Assembly: GCA_041661045.1 (NCBI GenBank)
Contig: JBAZVE010000001.1
Span: forward strand, 1,260,001-1,292,000
DNA: 32,000 bases
Direction: 5' to 3'
Source: Candidatus Saccharimonadota bacterium
Lineage (GTDB): Bacteria > Patescibacteriota > Gracilibacteria > UBA1369 > 2-02-FULL-48-14
How positions within the stretch are numbered: the first letter of the stretch is position 1; every line of letters begins with the position of its first letter. This document shows positions 18,022-26,150 of this stretch, in pieces. Both the position numbers and the translations under genes were made by a program. The notes beneath the pieces are model-generated. The model did not search any database and was not told where the DNA came from. It worked only from the letters and a program-made list of their open reading frames with translations.

Positions 18022-21000
18022 ATGGCACAAAGACCCGAAAAACAGGAGCGCAAACAGGAACGGCGTGATGAGAAGGAAGCTGAAAAACTGAAGAATGAGC
18101 AAAGAAAAGCCGAACTTGTGGAGGCTTATCGAGTTCTTGAAGCCCAAGAAGATTCTTTGAAGGCTCAAATTGCAGCTTTGGAGGGACGAACCCCTCGAAC
18201 CCCCGACCAAGAGGCCGCTTTACAGGCGCTCAACGACAGATTGAAGACAAATTCAATCGATAAAAGTATTCTGGATCGAGAAATGCGTGAAATCGGATTC
18301 CGTGCCGACGAAGCCTCTCTGGAAGAATTGGTGCGACAACTCAATGGCTTGAGTGCCAGAATTGGTGCACAAGCCGGTAGTGGAGCTGTGGAAACTCTGG
18401 AAACCTTGGCCACCGGACAAACAGCCGCTGCTAAGGCCTGTGAAGCCTTGGCGCTTAACAACTTAATCCCAGCTGACCTTAAAGCTGGTGATAATATTTT
18501 AAGAGCCGCTAAACTGGTGCTGACTCCTGCTTTGTTTGCGGATCTGACCGCCTCCCTTCCCAAAGTGGGCTCTCCCGATTACCCTGCCGAACTTCAAAAG
18601 CTTGGACAGCAATTGACCGGCATTGCGGATTCCTTACAGCCCATTTTTGAACAATGGAAGACCCTACGAGATGCCGCGGAAGATATGGGAGCCGGCGTGA
18701 TCGCCAAGCCCACCGTGGATGCTATTAAAGACTTGAGCAAAAACCCTCGTAATATGTTGGGAGCTGCTGCGGGAGTCGCCGGACTGGCTGCCCTGCTTTA
18801 CTTTTTTGTAGGAAAACCTCAAGAAGGGGCTCAAAAATGGATCGTCGGAATTTTGGGAGGATTGGGAGTGGCCGCCGGAGGCTTAACAGCCTGGGATGCT
18901 CTCAAACGCAATGGCGTGGGTGGAATGGATCAGCTTGAAGATTTGACGGGTATCAATACTGATCAATTGTTCAGTACCGAGGCCATGGATCGGGTTCGTG
19001 AGATGTTTAAGAAATGGACGCCCAGCGAGGATACAGACCAAGTGGATAATTTTATTCTTTCCGTGGATTCAAAAGTGCGTACTATTGTTCCTCTTTTTAA
19101 AGCAGGTTTGCGAGGTGCTCGAAGCATCGACCCCACCGCCCTGCTTGGTAACGGGCTCAGCACCCGAGAAGAAAAAATGGTGGAAGATAAACCTCTATTT
19201 GAGGGATATAGATCCTACTTTATTCATCTTTATAATAAAGCCCTTGCAAAGGGAAAGATCTCTCCCACAAAAGGAGAAGACGCTCAGGCGGATGCCGGCG
19301 CCGATTATTTCCTTAGTAAATACCCAGACAACCTTGTAATGACGGGCGTGCTCGGAGAAGGTGATGAAATGATGTCCCCTGCCGGAGCCGGAAGCGTGGG
19401 TGAAATGACCGCTTCTTCCTCCGAACGACTCCCCGCCGGACTTTCATCTCTCAAGAGTATGACCGGTTTTGGAGAGTATATAAAAGACAGCTCCGTTTCG
19501 GGCGTTGTCCTTATCAAGGGTTACCCCTACAAATACGACCGCCGTGATAATGGCGACCATGTGTTTACGGATTATATTAAGGGTGGTCAGACCCTTATTG
19601 AGGGCGCGCTTACCGGAGATGGTCTGCAAAGCGTTTTGGATCCATTTATTACTGAATTGGATGCACGAATCCTTCGAGCCTTGCCTGGCGCAGTTGGAGG
19701 TGGGGACAAAAAATACAATGAACTGGGCTACTGGGAACAAGCTGTCCCGGAGTCTATTACAGCCCACAAGGGTCTTCCCAACTTTTTACAGGAACCTACT
19801 GATCCTAAAGTCCCCGTCATCTTTTATGTGGATTTGGACAGTAAGAGCTTTAAGATTGGTTTGGATGCGGATCGGGATGGGAAGCCGGACAATGGGCTTT
19901 CTTTTGCGACCCTTGACGATGCAAAACAAGAACACGAAAAAGTTGTCTTTAAAACTCGTGTTACGGATGACATCAGCTCAACTCTGTTTGGGGTGGACTT
20001 TGAGGTTGAAGATATTGATGACAGCGTTGCCGGCGCTACGCTGGTTGTGATCCGTTACGGGACCGGCCGTGGAAGTGTCCTGTATAGTAATGATGCTGTA
20101 AAAAATTTCCAACTTGGCCCTGATGCCACCTTGGAAGCCGCCTGGACCACACGAGCTGACGAACGGGTTAAGGACTTCTTGGGACGACCGCAAGTGCAAG
20201 AAGCCTTGCTGCGCGTTACCGGGGCATATACCGGCCGTGACCACAGTGTGGTAAGTGGATTGATGAATAGAATTGAAGAAGGGCTCAAGAGTGGTCTCAA
20301 CTGGCTTAAGAATGATAAGCTTGAAAATCAATTTGAAAATGAATGGGAAAAAGCGGTGATTCGCAAAATGACTGTTTTAATCAATGACCCTGTGAATGGA
20401 CTTGGGGCAAGGTATGTGAATGAAATGTTTAGAAACAATAAATACAGTAATGACGCATTCCAGGGCAAAGAAGATGCTTTCTTTGACACCGAACGAGAAT
20501 CTCTTGAACATGGCGGCGTAGTGGAAGCAACCGTAGAACCTTTGGAAGCACCGGATAGTGTGATCACTGCTGAGGAGGCTATGGCAATGGTGAATAGTGA
20601 AGGTCCCCGTGGAGGAAAATATAGGCTCAGTCAAGCTTTGGCTCCATTGCAGGATCAAGATCCCGCTGCTATGGCGAGCCGTTTCCAATCTGCTCTACAA
20701 GGAATCAGCAATACCTTTACGCGAGATAGCGTACGCGATACGCTTTACAAAGAGAAGTTGGCTGAAAAGATGGGGGCCTTGAGAACCGTTGTGGGCGGTT
20801 TTGGCCTCAAACCCAATCGAAAACAGGTTGAAGAGGCCATTGCCAATGCGGCTCTAGCGGCACAAAATGACGCAATCCGGTATTACGGGCTCACGGATGA
20901 GGTCGCCACTCAAAAAATGATGCTTGAATCCCTTGAGGCGGGTCCTTTTTATGCAAGCCAATGGAAGGAGGCCAGTGAGCTTGTGGCCAGCTACATCACT

Positions 21001-21780
21001 CAAAACATGAAATGGGAGAAATATGCTTTCCTCCCCAACCCTGAGAATATGGCCGCCGTTTGGAACTTGTGGAAAGCGGGCATCAATGATGCCAAGAATC
21101 CAGCCATGGATCCTATTAGAGATCCTAAGGATTATGCCACTTACTTTATTTGGAATCTCCAAGTGCACATGGGGGGCAAGCAAGACTACTCCCCGGATCG
21201 TTTTTATGGACAAGTGCAGTCGGTGAGCGACACCTCGTACAACGGAGCAATCAGTGGATTGAAGTCCAATTTAGAAAGCTACGATGTTTGGAGGACCAGC
21301 CCTAAACGCAAGCCAAGAACTCCAGATATGCTTAGCGCTCTTGATCTGTACCGTGAAAAAGAGGCGCCTCGCGCATTCTGGGAATGGTACGACAGCAGTG
21401 CGGAAGTTGGGGCACTCCTCAAACTGGATCACATTTGGCCACGAATCTTTAAACAAACGGTGGACGCTCGTTTTGCTCAAATCTTGACCAACCCCAATGG
21501 GGTGGATGAAGCTTATATCCATGAGGAGATCGAAGACTTCAAGAAGTTTGTCTTAAATGAAAGCAAGATGATCTTTGAGCTCTTTATAAGCGACCGGGTG
21601 GAAGCTGAACGAAAGGGCCACGATGTACGAAAGCATATCCTCAACAAATTCCCTGAGTATTTCTACCCCAAGCACCATCGAAACCTTCCTGCTTATCTGG
21701 AATTGATTCGACAAGAGATGCAAGAAATCATGATCAATGTGCATGGAGGGCTTCCCGAAGGTGGTGTGCCTTACGCTTAG
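18022..21780 (+). CDS. giant orphan membrane protein (1252 aa): charged coiled-coil N-terminus, bilobed hydrophobic hairpin, large unassigned C-terminal region
   Basis: Uninterrupted ORF. ATG 18022 is chosen because the TTG 17971 track start coincides with the promoter -35. The two hydrophobic lobes are MLGAAAGVAGLAALLYFFVG and WIVGILGGLGVAAGGLTAW (nt 18754-18894). One DxDxDG-type loop, DADRDGKPDN (19864-19893). No catalytic motif recognised. Confidence 0.85.
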   Translation: MAQRPEKQERKQERRDEKEAEKLKNEQRKAELVEAYRVLEAQEDSLKAQIAALEGRTPRTPDQEAALQALNDRLKTNSIDKSILDREMREIGFRADEASLEELVRQLNGLSARIGAQAGSGAVETLETLATGQTAAAKACEALALNNLIPADLKAGDNILRAAKLVLTPALFADLTASLPKVGSPDYPAELQKLGQQLTGIADSLQPIFEQWKTLRDAAEDMGAGVIAKPTVDAIKDLSKNPRNMLGAAAGVAGLAALLYFFVGKPQEGAQKWIVGILGGLGVAAGGLTAWDALKRNGVGGMDQLEDLTGINTDQLFSTEAMDRVREMFKKWTPSEDTDQVDNFILSVDSKVRTIVPLFKAGLRGARSIDPTALLGNGLSTREEKMVEDKPLFEGYRSYFIHLYNKALAKGKISPTKGEDAQADAGADYFLSKYPDNLVMTGVLGEGDEMMSPAGAGSVGEMTASSSERLPAGLSSLKSMTGFGEYIKDSSVSGVVLIKGYPYKYDRRDNGDHVFTDYIKGGQTLIEGALTGDGLQSVLDPFITELDARILRALPGAVGGGDKKYNELGYWEQAVPESITAHKGLPNFLQEPTDPKVPVIFYVDLDSKSFKIGLDADRDGKPDNGLSFATLDDAKQEHEKVVFKTRVTDDISSTLFGVDFEVEDIDDSVAGATLVVIRYGTGRGSVLYSNDAVKNFQLGPDATLEAAWTTRADERVKDFLGRPQVQEALLRVTGAYTGRDHSVVSGLMNRIEEGLKSGLNWLKNDKLENQFENEWEKAVIRKMTVLINDPVNGLGARYVNEMFRNNKYSNDAFQGKEDAFFDTERESLEHGGVVEATVEPLEAPDSVITAEEAMAMVNSEGPRGGKYRLSQALAPLQDQDPAAMASRFQSALQGISNTFTRDSVRDTLYKEKLAEKMGALRTVVGGFGLKPNRKQVEEAIANAALAAQNDAIRYYGLTDEVATQKMMLESLEAGPFYASQWKEASELVASYITQNMKWEKYAFLPNPENMAAVWNLWKAGINDAKNPAMDPIRDPKDYATYFIWNLQVHMGGKQDYSPDRFYGQVQSVSDTSYNGAISGLKSNLESYDVWRTSPKRKPRTPDMLSALDLYREKEAPRAFWEWYDSSAEVGALLKLDHIWPRIFKQTVDARFAQILTNPNGVDEAYIHEEIEDFKKFVLNESKMIFELFISDRVEAERKGHDVRKHILNKFPEYFYPKHHRNLPAYLELIRQEMQEIMINVHGGLPEGGVPYA

Positions 21781-22154
21781 TCTTCTTCCTTCACCATGAT
21801 GCTTTCTTCCCCGGGGAGAGGGCAGGAGGTGAGTTCGCTGAGATCTTCGAGAGAGACGACGCCGGTTTTTTTGCTGCCATCTGGGAATCTCCAGGTTGGG
21901 TAGCTTTGGATTTTTTCATCGTTGCAGACTTCGGTTTGAGCGTTTTTACCGTTGGGGTCACACTCAATGTAAGGCAGCAGGTCGGCGGAATCTCCAAAAA
22001 GCTTCTTTTGATCGGCGCAGTGAGGGCACCAAAAAGCTCCATAAAATGTGGTGTCGGACTCGGCAATACAGGTGGCGAAGGCATCGTAGGTCGTGTCCCG
22101 CTGGCAACCCATCAATAAAAGGCTGGCGGTAAGAAGCAAGGCAAATTTACGCAT
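21777..22154 (-). CDS. thioredoxin-fold lipoprotein (VKOR-partner Trx-like domain)
   Basis: MRKFALLLTASLLLMGC gives a signal peptide plus lipobox. FWCPHCADQK holds the CXXC active site. YIEC...C...YPTW resembles the Trx-like domain fused to cyanobacterial VKOR. Its start overlaps the VKOR stop by 8 nt. Confidence 0.85.
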   Translation of the reverse strand: MRKFALLLTASLLLMGCQRDTTYDAFATCIAESDTTFYGAFWCPHCADQKKLFGDSADLLPYIECDPNGKNAQTEVCNDEKIQSYPTWRFPDGSKKTGVVSLEDLSELTSCPLPGEESIMVKEED

Positions 22155-22587
22155 GACGGCGAGTTAAGAGGTATAAACGAAGGGCCACTCCCCACTGAAT
22201 GAGGATGAGAACTTGTTGAATCACGCAGAAAAGGCAGTAGGTTTTGAGCACAAAGGTTTCGATTCCGGTGAGGTAGAGTGCAAAGGCCAGGGAACCGGAA
22301 AGCGCAAAAAAGTAGAGGGGAACGAGCTTGGTTTGATCCTTAAAAAGACCACGGATGGAAAAGGCCAGGAAGCCCAGATAGGCCAGAAGGCCCAAAAGTG
22401 CCACCGGAATGCCAAAAATTTCGGCATAAATGCTTTTGTTCACAATGTCGCAGTTCCATTTTTCTCCAAAATTACAAAAATCCGTGAGGGCGGGCTTGTA
22501 ATGAATGTAGGTCAAATAGGCGGCCACTGCAGCTGCGAGCACATTGAGAACCGTAAACATTTGATAGAAAGGTTTGGAAGATTTCAT
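22147..22587 (-). CDS. vitamin K epoxide reductase (VKOR) family membrane protein
   Basis: Four predicted TM helices. Loop cysteine pair FCNFGEKWNC, the conserved SIYAEIFGIPVA segment and an intramembrane CXXC (CLFC). Confidence 0.85.
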   Translation of the reverse strand: MKSSKPFYQMFTVLNVLAAAVAAYLTYIHYKPALTDFCNFGEKWNCDIVNKSIYAEIFGIPVALLGLLAYLGFLAFSIRGLFKDQTKLVPLYFFALSGSLAFALYLTGIETFVLKTYCLFCVIQQVLILIQWGVALRLYLLTRRHA

Positions 22588-22629
22588 GTTGTTGATTTGG
22601 AGGGTCAGGTGGATTTTAACACTTTCGCC

Positions 22630-22658
22630 TTGTTCTTTCCAAGCAAAAAACCTAGAAT
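22630..22658 (+). promoter_or_regulatory. candidate tRNA-His promoter (TTGTTC-17 bp-TAGAAT)
   Basis: Hexamers at 22630-22635 and 22653-22658. The tRNA begins 21 nt downstream. Confidence 0.4.
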
Positions 22659-22678
22659 GGGCGGGCTTTTACAGTAGT

Positions 22679-22756
22679 GGTGGATGTAGCTCAGTTGGTT
22701 AGAGCGCCAGGTTGTGGCCCTGGAGGTCGAGGGTTCGAGACCCTTCATTCACCCCA
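22679..22756 (+). tRNA. tRNA-His(GUG): tRNA-His (anticodon GTG) with encoded G-1 and 3' CCA
   Basis: Cloverleaf folded by hand. Acceptor GTGGATG/CATTCAC; D arm GCTC-AGTTGGTTA-GAGC. Anticodon arm CCAGG-TTGTGGC-CCTGG, with GTG at 22714-22716. T arm GAGGG-TTCGAGA-CCCTT. The extra G at 22679 opposite discriminator C73 is the His identity element. CCA at 22754-22756. Confidence 0.93.
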
Positions 22757-22779
22757 TTTACTTGATTGAATCGAGTGAT

Positions 22780-22808
22780 TTGACTGTATCCCATAAAAAG
22801 CATATAAT
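22780..22808 (+). promoter_or_regulatory. near-consensus promoter of the toxin-antitoxin operon (TTGACT-17 bp-TATAAT)
   Basis: Hexamers at 22780-22785 and 22803-22808, lying 26 nt upstream of the antitoxin ATG. Confidence 0.55.
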
Positions 22809-22809
22809 T

Positions 22810-22838
22810 TTAATGTAATCTTAATGTTATTTTAATGA
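22810..22838 (+). promoter_or_regulatory. three TTAATG(T/A) direct repeats at 11-bp phasing (candidate antitoxin operator)
   Basis: Copies at 22810, 22821 and 22832, between the -10 and the start codon. The last copy contains the ATG. Confidence 0.4.
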
Positions 22839-23050
22839 GTCTACTTCAAATACAGATCGATGATGAGCTTAAAGCGGCTATTCAAGCGAAAGCTAAAAAA
22901 TACGGGGTTCCGAGCAGTTCTCTCGTTCGGATCACTCTGGTCGATGCTTTCTTGGACGATGAGCCTTGGGTGGAGGGCAATGTATTCAACGCACACCGAG
23001 ACAGTAATGGGAAAGGTATCCCCATTGATGATCTGATAAAGATGCTATAA
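22835..23050 (+). CDS. ribbon-helix-helix type antitoxin
   Basis: LQIQIDDELKAAIQAKAKKYGVPSSSLVRITLVDAF fits a strand-helix-helix (RHH) pattern. Sits 2 nt upstream of a RelE/ParE toxin gene. Confidence 0.68.
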   Translation: MSLLQIQIDDELKAAIQAKAKKYGVPSSSLVRITLVDAFLDDEPWVEGNVFNAHRDSNGKGIPIDDLIKML

Positions 23051-23052
23051 AC

Positions 23053-23292
23053 ATGACTGATAAAATTAAGAAATTTTTTGATTCTCAAGATACAAAGACT
23101 CGTGAACGGCTAAAGAAGAAACTGGAAGAACTGAGGAGGAATCCATTCTTGGGCAAGAACATCAAAAGAATGACGGGATATGGTAAAAATGTTTTTCGAT
23201 TAAGAGTCGGTGATATTCGTATCATTTACCTCGTCAATCGTGACAGCTCAATAGAGGTTTTAGATATCGACTACCGAGGAAATATCTACTAG
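23053..23292 (+). CDS. RelE/ParE-family type II toxin
   Basis: The C-terminal signature FRLRVGDIRIIYLVNRDSSIEVLDIDYRGNIY matches the RelE/ParE pattern (R-x-R-x-G-D-x-R-x-x-Y ... H/Y-R). 79 aa. Confidence 0.85.
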   Translation: MTDKIKKFFDSQDTKTRERLKKKLEELRRNPFLGKNIKRMTGYGKNVFRLRVGDIRIIYLVNRDSSIEVLDIDYRGNIY

Positions 23293-25094
23293 TTGTTCTT
23301 ATTTCCAAACCTCTTTCGGTCGGTTTCGGTGAGGTATTTTTTGCGGAGACGGATGTTTTTGGGAGTGATTTCAACGAATTCATCATCCTTGATGTACTCG
23401 ATGGCTTTTTCGAGCGTCATTTCGGAGATTGGCGTGAGGGTGAGGGCTTCGTCGGAACCGGAGGCGCGCACATTGGTGAGCTTTTTGTTCTTGGTCACAT
23501 TCACCACAATATCCGTTCCTTGGTTGTGTTCTCCAATAATCATTCCTTCGTAAACCTCCACTTGAGGAATAATGAAGAAGGGTCCTCGATCCTGAAGTTT
23601 CCAGATGGAGTAGGCCATAGCGGAGCCGGGTTCACCGGAAATCATGGAGCCCACTGTTCGTTTGTCGATGGTTCCTTTGTAAGGACCAAAATGGTCGAAG
23701 GAATGGTAAATCGTACCTTCCCCGCTGGTCATAATAAGGAATTGAGAGCGGAAACCGAGCAGCCCACGCGTGGGGATTTCGAATTCCAGCAAGGTGTTCC
23801 CGTTTTCAGATTTCATGTTCTTCATTTCAGCTTTTCGTTTTCCCATGGCTTCAATCACTTTTCCGGCATCGGAGTCGGGCACATTGATCACGGCCATTTC
23901 ATAAGGCTCCATTTTTTTGCCATCGACTTCTTGCATGATCACTTTGGGCTGAGAGATCTGAAGCTCGTACCCCTCGCGACGCATGTTTTCAATCAACACG
24001 GCGATCTGCATTTCCCCACGGCCGTAAACCATGATGGTGTCGCTGTCCTGCACTCCTTCAATTTTGAGTCCCACATTGGTTTCCAGTTCGCGTTCCAAGC
24101 GTTCACGGATGTGGCGGCTGGTCACAAACTTTCCTTCCTTCCCCGCAAATGGAGAGTTGTTCACCAAGAATTCAATGGAAATAGCAGGGGGATCAATTTT
24201 GATGGAAGGGAGCGGCTCCGCGTTTTCTTCGGTTGAAATGGTTTCTCCCACATCGATGTCGGAAATTCCGGCAACGGCCACGAGGTCTCCGGCAAAAACT
24301 TCCGGCACCTCCACACGGTCCAGTCCTTGATAGGTGAAGATTTTAGAGGCGCGAGCGGTTCGCTTGTTGCCTTCCATATCGGTGATGTAGAGCATTTTTC
24401 CGGTTTGAAGCTTTCCTTCATACACGCGACCCACGGCGATTCGTCCAAGGAAGTTGTCGTACGCCAAGGTTGCGGGCTGCATGCGGAAAGCTTTTTCGGT
24501 GTCGTGTTCCGCTTGCTTCACATGCTCCACAATAAAGTCGAGGAGCGGCGTGATGTCTTTGCGCTCATCGGTGAGGTGACGAATGGCCACTCCTTCACGA
24601 GCGATGGCATAAATATAAGGGAAATCGAGCTGTTCATCGTTGGCGCCGAGTGACACGAAGAGGTCAAAAATTTCGTTGAGCACTTGGTCGGGTCTGGCGG
24701 TGGGTTTATCAATTTTATTGATCACCACGAGCACTTTGAGGCCGAGTTCGAGCGACTTGCGAAGCACAAATTTCGTCTGAGGCATGGGGCCTTCGTAGGC
24801 ATCCACCACCAGCACCGTGGCGTCCACGGTTCGCAGGATGCGTTCCACTTCGGAACCAAAGTCCGCGTGGCCCGGGGTGTCTACGATGTTGATCTTATTT
24901 CCTTTGTAATGAATGGCGGCATTTTTTGCATAAATGGTGATTCCTCTTTCCTTTTCTTGATCGTTGGAATCCATCACACGAACCTCCACCGCTTCATGTG
25001 AATTGAAAGCACCACCGGCTTTAAGCAAGGCATCCACAAGCGTGGTTTTTCCGTGATCTACGTGGGCGATGATGGCGATGTTTCGAATTTCCAT
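23289..25094 (-). CDS. typA: translational GTPase TypA/BipA
   Basis: [33 protein letters not shown] and NKIDKP. The 601-aa EF-G-like architecture with a BipA-specific C-terminal domain. Confidence 0.95.
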   Translation of the reverse strand: MEIRNIAIIAHVDHGKTTLVDALLKAGGAFNSHEAVEVRVMDSNDQEKERGITIYAKNAAIHYKGNKINIVDTPGHADFGSEVERILRTVDATVLVVDAYEGPMPQTKFVLRKSLELGLKVLVVINKIDKPTARPDQVLNEIFDLFVSLGANDEQLDFPYIYAIAREGVAIRHLTDERKDITPLLDFIVEHVKQAEHDTEKAFRMQPATLAYDNFLGRIAVGRVYEGKLQTGKMLYITDMEGNKRTARASKIFTYQGLDRVEVPEVFAGDLVAVAGISDIDVGETISTEENAEPLPSIKIDPPAISIEFLVNNSPFAGKEGKFVTSRHIRERLERELETNVGLKIEGVQDSDTIMVYGRGEMQIAVLIENMRREGYELQISQPKVIMQEVDGKKMEPYEMAVINVPDSDAGKVIEAMGKRKAEMKNMKSENGNTLLEFEIPTRGLLGFRSQFLIMTSGEGTIYHSFDHFGPYKGTIDKRTVGSMISGEPGSAMAYSIWKLQDRGPFFIIPQVEVYEGMIIGEHNQGTDIVVNVTKNKKLTNVRASGSDEALTLTPISEMTLEKAIEYIKDDEFVEITPKNIRLRKKYLTETDRKRFGNKNN

Positions 25095-25160
25095 AAAGTT
25101 GGTGAGTTCGCTTAGCAGAGGGATTCTACAGGAGAAAATAGGATTGGCAATGGGAAAATT

Positions 25161-25943
25161 TTACTCAGCAAGTGCCAGCCACCTACCCAAGAAGGAGTCC
25201 TGTACAAAGCCGCCTGACAAAGAAGTCACCCCAACCCTGCGGTCACGCGCCTGCGGTCCGGCGGGGTTGCGTGGAGTTGTTGGGGATTTGGCGATAGGAT
25301 CATTTACGAAAAAAGTCACATCCCCCTGACCATTACTCTCAGCTCCTCGAAGAACAATCATGTGAGTATTCCTGGTTTCTGGAACCTTAGTGATTGGGTC
25401 AATCTGTCGAATGGATACGGCTACCGGGGACCGGGCGAGATCCTGAACTAGCTGCTCCCACGCTTCCCCCTTGGTGAACCTTTCTTGATCCCCATAGTCG
25501 TTCACCTCCAATGTGACATCATACCCTTGCGCAGTTTCTTGAAAACCTTGATGAGTCCAGCCCCACTGAGGGTGCCTTCCATTGGCTGCCTGAGCTATGA
25601 AATCAGCAAAAGTAGATCCTGATGGGATGTTTTCGGTTGCACTCAACAGCATCCAAACTGCTGCTGGAGAGCAAGAAACTATGCTGGCGTTGCGTCCCGA
25701 TATGGTAGCTCCTCCCACATCGCTCTCTGACTGAAAAGGCACCTCATATAGGAATCTACCCGGCTTTTTACCTAGGGCAATTTGAATCCGTTCATTCGCA
25801 TCAGTTGTGGAGGTGTGCACCGTGGATTCATCGAGAAAAGCTGTTCCCACATGGGCTGGTGCAGCGGCCTCCCCATCCTCCATCAATAGGACGGATCCTA
25901 TGACGAGAGGTGCTAGGGCTGACATGGTTTTTCTTAATTTCAT
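25161..25943 (-). CDS. secreted papain-like cysteine peptidase, C39-like domain (tentative)
   Basis: N-terminal signal-like segment MKLRKTMSALAPLVIGSVLLM. Q...SCSPAAVWMLLS resembles the Gln/Cys block of Peptidase_C39-like domains. It is followed by candidate His (NTHMIVLRG) and Asp (FFVNDP). The CDS is confident; the family call is moderate. Confidence 0.6.
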   Translation of the reverse strand: MKLRKTMSALAPLVIGSVLLMEDGEAAAPAHVGTAFLDESTVHTSTTDANERIQIALGKKPGRFLYEVPFQSESDVGGATISGRNASIVSCSPAAVWMLLSATENIPSGSTFADFIAQAANGRHPQWGWTHQGFQETAQGYDVTLEVNDYGDQERFTKGEAWEQLVQDLARSPVAVSIRQIDPITKVPETRNTHMIVLRGAESNGQGDVTFFVNDPIAKSPTTPRNPAGPQARDRRVGVTSLSGGFVQDSFLGRWLALAE

Positions 25944-25964
25944 TTAGCACAAAATAACATACTT

Positions 25965-26150
25965 ATGCTGGTTGGTCAACCCAATTCCTCCCTAGGGAGA
26001 GGCTTTAACCTGTTATTGGGTTGCGCTGGCGTAGCAGGTCTCGCAGACCACCACGGCGGGGTTGGTGGGTGGATCGCTGGTTGCTTATGCGGCCACTTTT
26101 TTGTACGCCGTCCAGTGAAAAAGAGAGCGTATGCTCACCCTCTGTGCTAA
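25965..26150 (+). CDS. possible 61-aa Gly/Cys-rich hydrophobic peptide (alternative reading of the GC-rich spacer)
   Basis: ATG start. Product MLVGQPNSSLGRGFNLLLGCAGVAGLADHHGGVGGWIAGCLCGHFFVRRPVKKRAYAHPLC. Strong GNN codon periodicity, GxxxG motifs, a GG doublet and 4 Cys. However, it overlaps strong RNA-like hairpins and a second open frame, so it may be a chance ORF in GC-rich DNA. Confidence 0.25.
   Translation: MLVGQPNSSLGRGFNLLLGCAGVAGLADHHGGVGGWIAGCLCGHFFVRRPVKKRAYAHPLC
25977..26102 (+). other. GC-rich structured element ending in a terminator-like hairpin plus T6 (candidate small RNA or cis-regulatory leader)
   Basis: 9-bp stem CAACCCAAT (25977-25985) / ATTGGGTTG (26015-26023), enclosing the 12-bp palindrome CTCCCTAGGGAG (25988-25999). 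Hairpin GGTCT-cgc-AGACC (26037-26049). Hairpin GTGG..CGC-loop-GCG.CCAC (26069-26096) followed by TTTTTT (26097-26102). Confidence 0.35.

Noticed and set aside
22757-23292. A direct repeat of the tRNA-His 3' end (att-type duplication) bounding the toxin-antitoxin cassette.
   Set aside because: I looked for GGTTCGAGACCCTTCATTCACC-like sequence downstream and found none. The cassette runs straight into the typA stop codon, so no integrative-element boundary can be claimed.
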